Of a DNA stretch of 55,340 nucleotides, positions 27,093-35,749 are shown piece by piece (position 1 is the stretch's first letter; each line of letters begins with the position of its first letter). The stretch lies in NCBI GenBank assembly GCA_017396225.1, contig JAFQMP010000026.1, positions 1 through 55,340 on the forward strand, given 5' to 3'. Source of the stretch: Clostridia bacterium. Its GTDB lineage: Bacteria; Bacillota; Clostridia; Oscillospirales; CAG-272. Below the pieces are notes generated by a model. It did not search any database. It was not told the origin of the DNA and saw only the letters and a list, made by a program, of their open reading frames with translations. Made by a program: the position numbers and the translations under genes.

Positions 27093-28229
27093 ATGTTGAA
27101 ATTCGGTGTCATTGGTTACGGCAACCGCATCGGCGGCATTGTAGACAAGTTAATCAAATCGGGAGAGGCAACGCTTACCGCGGTTATGGACCCCGAGCTT
27201 GAGCGCGTTAAGGCAAAGGCCATGGAAAAGGGCTATGAGGGTATTACCTTTTATACCGATGCCGAGGAAATGCTTGAAAAGGAGCAGCTTGACGGCGTGC
27301 TTATCGGTACGCGCTGCAATCTGCACACGCACTACGCAATGCTCGTAGCAAAGCATAACATTCCCCTCTTTTTGGAAAAGCCCGTCTGCACCACCGAGGA
27401 GGACCTTGCTCGCCTTGAATCCATTGTACCCACGATGAACACCAAAACGGTGGTTTCCTTCCCCCTGCGCACCTCGGCAATTCTCCTGAAGGTCAAGGAG
27501 CTCATTGATTCGGGCAAAATTGGCACGGTAGAGCACGTGCAGGCATATAACAACGTACCTTACGGACGCGGTTACTACCACAAATGGTACCGTCTGGAAA
27601 GTGAAACAGGCGGTCAGTGGCTGCAAAAGGCAACCCACGACCTCGATTACATCAATCTGCTCCTGGGCGGACTGAGGCCAATCCGCCTCTGTGCCGTCAA
27701 ATCGCACCGCGTATTCGGCGGCGAGGAACCTGCGGGCAAGCTTTGTGTCGATTGCGACAAGCAGCGCACCTGTCCCGAATCCCCTTATAACGTGAAGAAA
27801 ATTGGTGACGGCTATGTCATCGGTCCTTACTGCTGCTACGCAAAAGATGTCAGTATTGAGGACAGCGGCAGCTGTATTGTGGAATACGAAAGCGGTATGC
27901 ACGTGGTTTATACCCAGAACTTTGTGGCAAGAAACGGCGCAGGCAAGCGCGGTGCTCGCCTGATTGGCTTCAAGGGCACCCTGGAATTTGACTGGGTCAC
28001 CAGCACAATCCGCGTCTTCCGTCACCAGGAAAACATCACCGAGGAATATACCGTCCACCGCACAGGCACCTCGCACTTTGGCGGCGACCAGAACCTGGTT
28101 GACAATTTCATTGACATAATGAAGGGGGTTGCCTCCTCCGACGCACCGCTCTCAGACGGCATCTTCAGCGCACACCTCTGCCTTTGCGCCAAGAAATCCT
28201 CTCTTGAACATATTTTTGTCGATATTTGA
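27093..28229 (+). CDS. Gfo/Idh/MocA family oxidoreductase
   Basis: GVIGYG, LEKPV, GG.WLQKATHDLD, HFGGD. Confidence 0.9.
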   Translation: MLKFGVIGYGNRIGGIVDKLIKSGEATLTAVMDPELERVKAKAMEKGYEGITFYTDAEEMLEKEQLDGVLIGTRCNLHTHYAMLVAKHNIPLFLEKPVCTTEEDLARLESIVPTMNTKTVVSFPLRTSAILLKVKELIDSGKIGTVEHVQAYNNVPYGRGYYHKWYRLESETGGQWLQKATHDLDYINLLLGGLRPIRLCAVKSHRVFGGEEPAGKLCVDCDKQRTCPESPYNVKKIGDGYVIGPYCCYAKDVSIEDSGSCIVEYESGMHVVYTQNFVARNGAGKRGARLIGFKGTLEFDWVTSTIRVFRHQENITEEYTVHRTGTSHFGGDQNLVDNFIDIMKGVASSDAPLSDGIFSAHLCLCAKKSSLEHIFVDI

Positions 28230-28230
28230 T

Positions 28231-28260
28231 GAAAAAGCCCGCACCGTGTGCGGGCTTTTC
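28231..28260. terminator. Bidirectional intrinsic terminator
   Basis: aaaagcccgcac-cgt-gtgcgggctttt. Confidence 0.85.
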
Positions 28261-28277
28261 TTATGAAACATATTCCG

Positions 28278-29174
28278 TCACATCTGTCGGAGCAGCGCGT
28301 AAATGCCGGTCGCATCTGCCAATCCTTCACCAAAAGCGGTGGCACCGCCTGCGGCAATCCCCATACGGAGCGCATACGGATACCCCTTGGCAACACCGTA
28401 GAGAAAACCTGCCACCATAGAATCTCCCGCACCCACGGTATTCACCGCCTGACCGCGCGCCGCGGGCGCCCGATGCACCTTGCCTGTCTTATCCAGCAGC
28501 AAGGCGCCGTCTGCGCCGAGCGACACCAACACGTTCTCTGCCCCCGCCAGCTGCAGCTCGCGCGCAGCTGCTTCTATCTCGGCATCGGTTGCAAGTACGC
28601 GCCCGACAATTGCCGCAAGCTCCGCTTTGTTGGGCTTTACCAAACAGGGACGGTAGAAAAGAATCGGCAGCAGCAGGTCACGCTCAGCATCTACCACCAG
28701 CCGCACACCCCGCGGCACGGCAATTTCCGCCATTTTTTGATAGACATCACGCGGCAAAGAAGGCGGCACGCTGCCCGCCAGCACCAAGGTATCTCCCTTT
28801 TTCAGCCTTGCCAGCTGAGCAAACAGACATTCCAGCGATTTTTCATCAATATGGGGTCCTGTGGCATTTATTTCACTCTCAGTATCAGCCTTGATTTTTA
28901 CATTAATACGGGTTTCGCCCTGCGGAAGCCTGATAAAATCCTCACCGACCGCGGCCGCTTCCAGCATCTTACAAAGCATCTGACCGGTCGCCCCTGCCAC
29001 AAAGCCAAGTGCAATGGTTGGTTCGCCAAGCGCTGCCAACACGGCAGACACATTGATGCCCTTGCCGCCAAAGGAAAGCACCTCTCGCCCCGTGCGATTA
29101 AGCTCCCCAACGCGAAAATCAGGCAAATAAACAGCATAATCAAGTGCCGGGTTCAGTGTCACGGTATAAATCAT
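28278..29174 (-). CDS. fruK: 1-phosphofructokinase family (PfkB) hexose kinase
   Basis: MIYTVTLNPALDY, GGKGINVS, TRINVK, VKPNK.EL, VSLGADGA, TVGAGDS. Confidence 0.9.
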   Translation of the reverse strand: MIYTVTLNPALDYAVYLPDFRVGELNRTGREVLSFGGKGINVSAVLAALGEPTIALGFVAGATGQMLCKMLEAAAVGEDFIRLPQGETRINVKIKADTESEINATGPHIDEKSLECLFAQLARLKKGDTLVLAGSVPPSLPRDVYQKMAEIAVPRGVRLVVDAERDLLLPILFYRPCLVKPNKAELAAIVGRVLATDAEIEAAARELQLAGAENVLVSLGADGALLLDKTGKVHRAPAARGQAVNTVGAGDSMVAGFLYGVAKGYPYALRMGIAAGGATAFGEGLADATGIYALLRQM

Positions 29175-29205
29175 ATCATTCCCTCACTTTCGCATCTTTA
29201 CTAAT

Positions 29206-29277
29206 ATTATACACCGCAGAAAATCCCTTGTCAAGCAAGCAAAAGCCCTTGACAGAAGAAACCGATTTTGCTACAAT
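29206..29277. promoter_or_regulatory. Back-to-back divergent sigma-A promoters
   Basis: Minus TTGACA-17-TATAAT (29234-29206); plus TTGACA-17-TACAAT with TGn (29249-29277). Confidence 0.75.
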
Positions 29278-29317
29278 AAGAGCAGGCGTATATCGCCGAC
29301 AGACAACAAAATGAAAC

Positions 29318-29460
29318 ACAGTTCGGCACGGAGCTACCTTGTTACCGTGCTGTCGCACATAACCTGTGCGAAGGTGAGGAAAGGCGGTGCAAATCCGCCG
29401 CAACAGCCATTGCCGTGACGAGAGGAAAAGGGACTCTCCCAGTCGGAATGCTCACTGTCC
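29318..29460 (+). ncRNA. Cobalamin riboswitch (compact variant)
   Basis: GAGGAAAGGCGGTGCAAATCCGCC (P4 T-loop), CAGCCATTGCCGTG, AGTCGGA B12-box-like end, gtgag/ctcac closure; upstream of DUF4430 and CbrT-like genes. Confidence 0.7.
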
Positions 29461-29498
29461 CTGTGTACGCAAATCCCTCCCGGGCAAATGGGGAGTGG

Positions 29499-29556
29499 GC
29501 GCTTTTCTCGGGCGTACGCCCTTTTTTGCGCTCTCCTCGGGGGAGCGCTTTTGCTT
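29499..29556 (+). terminator. Leader hairpins (expression platform)
   Basis: gggcgtacgccc followed by a U-tract, then gcgctctcctcgggggagcgc followed by tttt. Confidence 0.5.
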
Positions 29557-29597
29557 TCGTTCTGTTTCTGAAAATCAACAGAAAAGAGGAACAGAGT

Positions 29598-30028
29598 ATG
29601 AAAAAAATTCTCACGTCACTTCTCCTTCTCCTGCTTGCGGCTGTTTTAGTCTGTGGGCTTGTTGCCTGTGCCGACGTTGACAAAACAGGCGACTGGGAAA
29701 CCGCAACCTACGACCGCGACACCAAGCTTGGCAAGGGTGACAAAACCATCACCGTTAAGGTAATCGCCGATGGACAAGCGCTGACCTTCACCGTAAAACC
29801 GACAAGGAAAACTTGGAGGACGCGCTGGTCGAGGTTGAACTGATTGACGGTGACGAGGGCGCGTTTGGTCTTTACATCAAAAAGGTAAACGGCATCGTAG
29901 CAGATTACGACGCCGACAAGACCTATTGGGCCATTACCAAGAGCGGCGAGGAAACCCTCGGCGCCAAGAGCACCATCATTGCAGACGGCGATTGCTACGA
30001 GTTTACCAAAACGGTCAGCGAGTGGTAA
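29598..30028 (+). pseudogene. DUF4430 lipoprotein (corrinoid-binding candidate) split by a 1-nt frameshift at 29795-29798
   Basis: Lipobox LVAC; adding one A to gtAAAAcc restores TFTVKTDKENLEDAL...GLYIKKVNG..AD...YWA...GD.YEF. Confidence 0.75.
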
Positions 30029-30047
30029 ATAACGCATAACAAATAAA

Positions 30048-30584
30048 ATGGAAACACGCAAAAAAAGCGCCCTGACGGTGCGTGAAATGGCCGTTTTTGC
30101 TATGCTTGGCGCATTGATGTATTGCTCCAAGCTTCTGCTTGAATGGGCACCAAATATTCATCTGCTTGCCCTTTTTATCATAGCTTTCACACGCGTATAT
30201 CGCGTAAAGGCACTTGTTCCCATTTACATCTTCGTACTGCTCACGGGCATCTTCAACGGCTTTTCCCCCTGGATAATGCCCTACTTTTACATCTGGGCAA
30301 TTCTATGGGGGGCAGTTATGCTGCTGCCAAAGCGCATGAAAACGGGGCTTGCCATTCCCGTGTATATCGTGCTCGGCACCCTGCACGGTTTGCTGTTCGG
30401 CGTTTTTTGCGCCCCGTCCCAAGCCCTTTTCTTCGGATTGGATTGGAAGGGCACGTTGGCATGGATTGCAGCAGGACTTTACTTTGATATTCTGCAAGCC
30501 ATCGGCAATTTTGCCGCATGTACCCTTTGCGCGCCGCTTATCAGACTGCTCTGTAAATTGGAAAAACGGCCCTTTTTTGCATGA
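30048..30584 (+). CDS. ECF transporter S component, CbrT-like (cobalamin)
   Basis: Highly hydrophobic 178 aa; REMAVFAMLGAL (AxxxA), PNI, GF..W...Y..IW, G..FD...A.GN. Confidence 0.72.
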   Translation: METRKKSALTVREMAVFAMLGALMYCSKLLLEWAPNIHLLALFIIAFTRVYRVKALVPIYIFVLLTGIFNGFSPWIMPYFYIWAILWGAVMLLPKRMKTGLAIPVYIVLGTLHGLLFGVFCAPSQALFFGLDWKGTLAWIAAGLYFDILQAIGNFAACTLCAPLIRLLCKLEKRPFFA

Positions 30585-30589
30585 TCAAT

Positions 30590-30622
30590 AAAAGCAGGCA
30601 AGCCCATGGCTTGCCTGCTTTT
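30590..30622. terminator. Bidirectional intrinsic terminator
   Basis: aaaagcaggcaagcc-cat-ggcttgcctgctttt. Confidence 0.85.
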
Positions 30623-30625
30623 GTT

Positions 30626-31408
30626 TTATTTTGCCGCAAAATAGGTGCCGACGTGCGCGCCGTCAAGCAGCTCGTAGAGAATCAGCGGGTCCTTACCGTT
30701 TACAATGTACATGGGAATACCCATATCGGTCACGATTTTGGCAGCAGTCAGCTTGGTGGCCATACCGCCCGTGCCGCGTGCGGTACCCGCACCGCCCGCC
30801 ATTGCACGAATCTCATCGGTCAGTGCTGCTACCGTATCAATACGCTTGGCATGAGGATTTTTGCGGGGGTCACTGTCGTAAAGGCCGTCCACGTCGGAAA
30901 GGTTGATGAGCAAATCCGCGTGACAGACCAGCGCCACGTAGGCGGAAAGTGTATCGTTACCGCCAAAATTCAGCTCAGTGGTAGAGATACAGTCGTTCTC
31001 GTTGACAATCGGCACGCAGCCCATTTCAAGCAGCGTGGAAAAGGTATCCTCCGCCGCCGCACGGCGCTCGGGATTGTCAATCACGTCCTTGGTAAGAAGC
31101 ATCTGCGCCACGGTGTGACCGTAATCCGAGAAGAAACGGGAGTAAAGCTTCATCAGCTCACTCTGTCCCACAGCCGCCATGGCCTGCTTTTCCTTGGTGC
31201 AGGTCGGGCGATGCGTGCCAAGACGTGCAACGCCTGCGCTGACTGCGCCGGAGGATACCAGAACAATCTCTTTTCCTGCATTTTTGAAATCAGAAAGGGT
31301 TTTGACAAGCGTCTCAATACGACGCAGATTCAGGTGCCCCTCCTCGTGTGTGAGGGTAGATGTGCCGATTTTTACAACAATGCGTCGACAGTTTTTCAGG
31401 GTAGACAT
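30626..31408 (-). CDS. proB: Glutamate 5-kinase (short form, no PUA domain)
   Basis: VVKIGTSTLT, VSSGAV, AAVGQ, PIVNEND, GTGGMATKL. Confidence 0.95.
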   Translation of the reverse strand: MSTLKNCRRIVVKIGTSTLTHEEGHLNLRRIETLVKTLSDFKNAGKEIVLVSSGAVSAGVARLGTHRPTCTKEKQAMAAVGQSELMKLYSRFFSDYGHTVAQMLLTKDVIDNPERRAAAEDTFSTLLEMGCVPIVNENDCISTTELNFGGNDTLSAYVALVCHADLLINLSDVDGLYDSDPRKNPHAKRIDTVAALTDEIRAMAGGAGTARGTGGMATKLTAAKIVTDMGIPMYIVNGKDPLILYELLDGAHVGTYFAAK

Positions 31409-31522
31409 ATTTTTTCGCAATCCTTCTAAAAAGTATTTGAAAATTCACTCGCTTTGTATTATAATAGAATTATACTCTAATTTTTCTCTTTTCGCAAGAG
31501 GTTTTATAAAAAGGAGGTCACT

Positions 31523-32251
31523 ATGCGCCAAAAATTTTCGGTAACCGTTGCCGACGTCCCGATGAACATCGTTTGTGAAGAAACACAAACCACCATAGAC
31601 ACCGCCGTTCGCGAGCTTGATACACAAATCCGCAGCCTGACCGCAGGTGCAGCCTGCACCAAAACCGAGGCGGCGCTCCTCAGCGCCCTTGATTACAGCA
31701 CACGCGCCATGCACCTTGCCGAAAAGGTCGCGGAGCTTGAAGCACGCGTGCAGCAGGCAGACCCTATGGGAGATACATATGCCGCCAATCTGTTGCGTGG
31801 CGAAAACGAAACCCTGCGTGCCACCCTTGCCGTCACACGCGGCGAGTATGAGGCTGTTTTACAGGATAATGCCACCCTGTTCCATTTGAACGCCAAGCTG
31901 GTACGCCAGAACAGCGAGGCAAATGCACGTGCCGACCGTATGCACGACCAGGTGCTGTCTATCCTCACCGAGGTCAGGGAGCTGCGAGAGCGCCTTGCCG
32001 CTATGTGCGTGGAAACCCGTCCGCCCTCCCCTTCCTATGCTCATTACGAGGAGGAGCCTGCGATTGAAATCACCCCACAGGAGCAACAGACCACCAAAAA
32101 GTACGAGCAAATGGACCTTGACGATATTCTGAGTTCCTTGCCGCGCGGCACGCGCACCGCAGGCAGCGGCACCCCTCTCATCGATGCCACCGAGGAGGAG
32201 GAAGCACCGGTTTCCCTCACCGATATGATTGATTTTGACGAAGAAGTCTGA
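31523..32251 (+). CDS. ZapA-domain protein with extended coiled coil and acidic tail
   Basis: N-terminus resembles ZapA (FSVTVAD..MNIV..E...LD.QIR...AALL.AL); AGGAGG RBS. Confidence 0.6.
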   Translation: MRQKFSVTVADVPMNIVCEETQTTIDTAVRELDTQIRSLTAGAACTKTEAALLSALDYSTRAMHLAEKVAELEARVQQADPMGDTYAANLLRGENETLRATLAVTRGEYEAVLQDNATLFHLNAKLVRQNSEANARADRMHDQVLSILTEVRELRERLAAMCVETRPPSPSYAHYEEEPAIEITPQEQQTTKKYEQMDLDDILSSLPRGTRTAGSGTPLIDATEEEEAPVSLTDMIDFDEEV

Positions 32252-32253
32252 CA

Positions 32254-34245
32254 ATGAGCAAGCTACCCGAATTACTTGCCCCTGCGGGCACCCCGCTTGC
32301 GCTGCAAGCCGCTATCGAGGCAGGGGCTGATGCCGTCTATCTCGGCGGCCCCACCTTCAATGCCCGTATGCGTGCCGAAAATTTCACGGCAGAAGCGATG
32401 CGGGAAAGCATCAGCCTTGCCCATGCCTACGGCCTTCGTTCCTATGTCACCTTAAACACACTTGTCACAGACCGCGAGCTGCCCGCCTTTTTGGAGGCCG
32501 CTTATTTTGCAGACCTCGCAGGGGCTGACGCCCTGATTGTCGCCGACCTTGGCGGTGCCGCCGCCATTCACAAGGCGATGCCCCATATTGAGCTGCACGC
32601 CTCCACGCAGGCATCGGGACACAGCGTCGCTGCCGCAAAGGAGCTTGCCGCCCTCGGCTTTTCCCGCATGGTGCTGGCACGCGAAGCGAGCCGCACCGAT
32701 ATGGCTCTCTTTGTCAGGGAATGTGGCATCGAAACCGAAATTTTTGTGCACGGCGCACTCTGCGTATCCCACTCGGGGCAGTGCCTTTTTTCCTCATTGG
32801 TCGGTGGACGCAGCGGCAACCGCGGTGCATGTGCCCAGCCCTGCCGCCTGCCCGATAAAAACGGCAGATACCCCCTGTCCCTCAAGGACCTTTCTCTTGC
32901 GGAGCACCTGCCCGAATTAATTGATATGGGCGTACATTCCCTGAAAATTGAGGGACGCCTGAAATCCCCCGAATATGTCCGTGATACGGTACGCATCTGG
33001 CGCCGTCTGCTTGATGAGCGCCGCGCGGCAACCAAAGAAGAAATGGAAGCGTTTGCCGCCATTTTCTCGCGCGGCGGCTTTACCGATGCTTATTTCAAGG
33101 GTGCCGCCCTGCGCGGTATGCTCGGTGTGCGCTCCGAGGCAGACAAGGACGCCTCACGCGAGATGGCACCCTTCACGGGCATCACACGCCGTGTGCCACT
33201 CTCCCTTGACCTGACGATGAAGCAGAATACCCCCCTGACCCTGACGGCTGCCGCAAACGGCAAAACTGCAACCGTTACAGGAGATATTCCCCTGATTGCG
33301 CAAAACGCCCCGATGAATGAGCAAGCCGTGCGCGAAAAGCTCCTAAAGCTAGGCGGCACGCCCTACGAGGCAACCGCTGTAGCAATCTCGCTCGACGAAG
33401 GGCTTATGGTGCCTGTTTCCCGCTTAAATGCGCTGCGCCGCGAGGCGCTTGCCGCACTTGTACCGCAAAAGCCCGCAAACGGTAGCGAAAAACCGCACTA
33501 TTCCCCCATACGGGCAAAAGGGCTGCGCCCGAAAAAGCCAACTGCACGCTTCACCTCTCCCGCGCAGATTCCCGAAAGCGCTCGCGCTTATTTTGAGCAT
33601 ATTTATCTTCCGCTTAACCGCTACGCTCCCTCCGCTGACGGTGTGGTGCTCCCTGCCGTGATTTTTGACAGCGAGCGTGACAGCATCAGAGCAGAGTTAA
33701 AGAAAGCCGCAGCAGCAGGCGCCACGCACGCCCTTGTCGGCAATGTGGGGCACCTCTCCCTTGCCCTGGAGGCAGGGCTTGTGCCGCACGGCGATTTCCA
33801 CCTAAACGTCACCAACGAAGGCTCTCTGGCGGTACTACTTGAGATGGGCTTTGCCGATGTACTGCTTTCCCCTGAGCTGACCCTGCCGCAAATCCGTGAC
33901 ATAAAAGGTGCCTGCGATGCCATTATCTATGGGCGTATCCCTTTGATGATTCTGGAAAAATGCGTGGGAAAGGAGCTTGGCTCCTGTGAGGATTGCGGAA
34001 AGGACGCACTCACATTAACCGACAGACGGGGCGAAAAATTTCCTGTTTTGCGCGAGATGCCCCACCGCAGCATCATCTTTAACAGCCGCCCCACTGTAAT
34101 GAGCGACAAGCGCGCTGACCTGCTGAAAGCAAGCATTAACGGTGGACACTTCATCTTCACCACCGAAACGGCGTGGGAAGCCGCCGCGATAATGGAAAGC
34201 TATCAAAGAGGCACTGCCCCCACAGGACCCGTGCGCCGCATCTGA
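32254..34245 (+). CDS. Peptidase U32 family protein with DUF3656 (RlhA-like RNA hydroxylase)
   Basis: ELLAPAG, GADAVYLG, HASTQ, EIFVHGALCVSHSGQC, NRGACAQPCR, LKIEGR; K.G.TP...LNALRREA DUF3656-like. Confidence 0.88.
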   Translation: MSKLPELLAPAGTPLALQAAIEAGADAVYLGGPTFNARMRAENFTAEAMRESISLAHAYGLRSYVTLNTLVTDRELPAFLEAAYFADLAGADALIVADLGGAAAIHKAMPHIELHASTQASGHSVAAAKELAALGFSRMVLAREASRTDMALFVRECGIETEIFVHGALCVSHSGQCLFSSLVGGRSGNRGACAQPCRLPDKNGRYPLSLKDLSLAEHLPELIDMGVHSLKIEGRLKSPEYVRDTVRIWRRLLDERRAATKEEMEAFAAIFSRGGFTDAYFKGAALRGMLGVRSEADKDASREMAPFTGITRRVPLSLDLTMKQNTPLTLTAAANGKTATVTGDIPLIAQNAPMNEQAVREKLLKLGGTPYEATAVAISLDEGLMVPVSRLNALRREALAALVPQKPANGSEKPHYSPIRAKGLRPKKPTARFTSPAQIPESARAYFEHIYLPLNRYAPSADGVVLPAVIFDSERDSIRAELKKAAAAGATHALVGNVGHLSLALEAGLVPHGDFHLNVTNEGSLAVLLEMGFADVLLSPELTLPQIRDIKGACDAIIYGRIPLMILEKCVGKELGSCEDCGKDALTLTDRRGEKFPVLREMPHRSIIFNSRPTVMSDKRADLLKASINGGHFIFTTETAWEAAAIMESYQRGTAPTGPVRRI

Positions 34246-34254
34246 CGCCCTATC

Positions 34255-34288
34255 AAGAAAACCCCGCACCGTGGTGCGGGGTTTTCTT
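34255..34288. terminator. Bidirectional intrinsic terminator
   Basis: aagaaaaccccgcacc-gt-ggtgcggggttttctt. Confidence 0.88.
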
Positions 34289-34315
34289 ATTTGCGTCCCA
34301 CAGGGGGAAGTGAAA

Positions 34316-35749
34316 TCAATACTTTGCAAGCTCTGCCTCAAGCAGACGATTAATAATCACGGGATTTCCCTTGCCTGCGGTTTTGCCCATGACAATACCG
34401 ACAATGGACTTCGCAGCGGCAAGCTTACCCTTCTTATAGTCAGCAACCGACTTGGGGCTTGCGGCAACTGCCTCGGCGACCAGCTTGCCAAGCAGCACCT
34501 CATCGTTAATCTGTGCAAGGCCCCTTTCCGCCACAAGTGCCTTGGGAGAGGCATCGGTCTCAAACATATCCTTGATAAGCTTCTTTGCCGTGGAGCTGTT
34601 GATAACGTCATCACCCACCAATGTAGCCAGCTCGCCAAGGTGCGCAGCACTGACAGGGCAAGCAAAGCTCTCACCCTCAATAAGGCGCATAAACTCGGAA
34701 ATGAGCAGGTTAGCAGCCAGCTTGGGGTGTGCGGTGGTGGCAGCGGCAGCCTCAAAGTAATCCGCCATCGCCTTGTCGGAGGTCAACACCTCGCCGTCGT
34801 ATGCGGTCAGACCGTATTTTTCCATATACGCCTTCTTGCGCACGTCGGGCAGCTCGGGAATCTCTGCACCAAGTGCCTTGATTGCAGCGTCCGTCAGCTC
34901 AATGGGGGGCAGGTCGGGGTCGGGGAAATAACGGTAATCGTTTGCATTCTCCTTGGAGCGCATGGTGTAGGTCTTACCCGTGGCGGGGTCGAAGCGGCGT
35001 GTTTCCTGCACAATGGCTTCGCCCGCCTCAATCGCATCAACCTGTCGCTTATACTCATACTCAATCGCCTTAACGATAAACTGGAAGGAGTTGAGGTTCT
35101 TCATCTCGGTACGGATACCGAACTTGGTTTCGCCCGCCTTGCGGACAGAGAGGTTGACGTCACAACGGAGCGAACCCTCCTGCATCTTACAGTCGGAAAC
35201 ACCGGTATAAAGGATAATGGCACGCAGCTTCTGCAAATACGCCTTTGCCTCCTCCGCAGAGCGGATATCGGGCTCGGAAACGATCTCAATCAACGGCACA
35301 CCGCAGCGGTTACAGTCAATCATCGTGCCGTGCTTTTCATCGTGCACCAGCTTGCCTGCGTCCTCCTCAATGTGAATACGCGTGATACCAATGCGCTTGC
35401 TGCCCTCCTCGGTTTCCACATCAAGCCAACCGTGCTCGCAAAGGGGCAGGTCGTACTGAGAAATCCGGTAAGCCTTGGGCAGGTCAGGATAGAAATAATT
35501 TTTTCTGTCCTGCTTGGAATAGTTCGCAATCGTGCAGTTGGTGGCAAGTCCTGCCTTAACAGCATACTCCACCACCCTTTTGTTGAGAACAGGTAGGGTG
35601 CCGGGATAACCCATGCAGACAGGGCAGCACTGGGTGTTGGGCTCTGCACCGAAGGTTGTGGGGCAGGAGCAGAAAATCTTGGTCTTGGTCTTTAATTCTA
35701 CGTGAACCTCAAGACCGATGACCATTTCATAGCCCTTGTAAAGTGTCAT
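34316..35749 (-). CDS. gatB: Asp-tRNA(Asn)/Glu-tRNA(Gln) amidotransferase subunit B
   Basis: IGLEVHVEL, RKNYFYPDLPK, HIEEDAGK, LRCDVN, YRYFPDPDL. Confidence 0.98.
   Translation of the reverse strand: MTLYKGYEMVIGLEVHVELKTKTKIFCSCPTTFGAEPNTQCCPVCMGYPGTLPVLNKRVVEYAVKAGLATNCTIANYSKQDRKNYFYPDLPKAYRISQYDLPLCEHGWLDVETEEGSKRIGITRIHIEEDAGKLVHDEKHGTMIDCNRCGVPLIEIVSEPDIRSAEEAKAYLQKLRAIILYTGVSDCKMQEGSLRCDVNLSVRKAGETKFGIRTEMKNLNSFQFIVKAIEYEYKRQVDAIEAGEAIVQETRRFDPATGKTYTMRSKENANDYRYFPDPDLPPIELTDAAIKALGAEIPELPDVRKKAYMEKYGLTAYDGEVLTSDKAMADYFEAAAATTAHPKLAANLLISEFMRLIEGESFACPVSAAHLGELATLVGDDVINSSTAKKLIKDMFETDASPKALVAERGLAQINDEVLLGKLVAEAVAASPKSVADYKKGKLAAAKSIVGIVMGKTAGKGNPVIINRLLEAELAKY

Noticed and set aside
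29415-29597. Extended N-terminus of the 142-aa ORF, and likewise the upstream extensions of aspS (to 39403), rluD (to 5065), ylmH (to 9264) and the adaptor (from 16690)
   Set aside because: The extensions run through riboswitch leaders, promoters or neighbouring genes; downstream starts have a better RBS and family-typical N-termini.
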